DNA from: Histomonas meleagridis 2922-C6/04-290x
Taxonomy: Eukaryota > Protista > Parabasalia
NCBI GenBank assembly: GCA_020184695.1
Contig: JAANOX010000153.1
Span: 806,001 to 870,000, forward strand
Direction of reading: 5' to 3'
DNA: 64,000 nt
Positions 63,561 to 64,000 of this stretch are shown piece after piece. The position numbers and the translations under genes are program-made. Under the pieces are notes generated by a model, which was given only the letters and a program-made list of their open reading frames with translations, was not told the origin of the DNA and did no database searches. Numbering within the stretch: the stretch's first letter is position 1; the number at the start of each line of letters is the position of its first letter.

Positions 63561-64000
63561 TTACACAAAAGAAGGTATACTCCACACTGCAACGTTTCCA
63601 TCATCATAACCAAGTGCTGCCAAACATCTATTTCCGTCAAAAGTAAAGCAGGTACAGGTATGATTATCATATTTCATTTCGTTTTCTTTATTATTATTTA
63701 GTTCCACCAAATACACTTTGTTTCCAACTGATTTCAATGCCACGTCCAAAATTGGATGTAATAATACGTCATCAGCGTTACCTATTATCGATTTATTTAA
63801 TTTCATTGGGTTCTTAAAATCATCCCAAACATATATATCACCAGAATTTAACACTGTATATAATTTATTTTTATGTTCACCAATTCGAATTATATTTTTA
63901 TTGATTAAGAAATCAGATTCATCGATAATTTTATAACTTTTTACATCGATTTTTAATATTATACCATTATTAAGTACAACGAAAATGAATCCGTCGAAAT
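63561..64000 (-). CDS. 3' end of a WD40-repeat protein; 5' part beyond the right edge
   Basis: Frame checked open from 63998 to the stop at 63561; GDIYVWD and CFTFDG..CLAALGYDDGNVAVWSI are WD-type segments. Confidence 0.8.
   Translation of the reverse strand, partial: FDGFIFVVLNNGIILKIDVKSYKIIDESDFLINKNIIRIGEHKNKLYTVLNSGDIYVWDDFKNPMKLNKSIIGNADDVLLHPILDVALKSVGNKVYLVELNNNKENEMKYDNHTCTCFTFDGNRCLAALGYDDGNVAVWSIPSFV

Noticed and set aside
1-64000. Parabasalid spliceosomal introns
   Set aside because: The ACTAAC occurrences I found by eye (for example 8711, 21905, 38479, 45379, 49807, 60733) are not followed by AG at the fixed distance. An exhaustive scan was not possible.

Overview
AT-rich, gene-dense eukaryotic DNA read with the standard genetic code, most likely from a parabasalid protist (Tritrichomonas/Trichomonas-like). 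The evidence is a BspA-type LRR surface protein, DUF3447-type ankyrin genes, TCA(T/C)(T/A) initiators just upstream of ATGs, CCTTT and AACGGTTT promoter motifs, and no parabasalid-type spliceosomal introns found by eye. About 29 protein-coding genes are present, including Rab32, Orc1, PP1, cofilin, eS30, Myb, ARF, a small RFC subunit, a UvrD-like helicase and cathepsin L. There are also two tRNAs (Thr-UGU, Glu-UUC), several gene remnants and a 42-copy 39-bp G-free minisatellite. Most notable: (1) an ankyrin gene whose 90-nt repeat-coding blocks alternate with frame-breaking, AG-free spacers, four of five exactly 80 nt, with a related orphan block 19 kb away; (2) a likely SYCP2/Red1-family meiotic axis protein; (3) a purine nucleoside phosphorylase with three PNP folds in one chain; (4) a bacterial-type DUF3737 gene; (5) a recurrent GC rise at gene 3' ends. 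All family calls come from motif recognition by eye; no searches were run.
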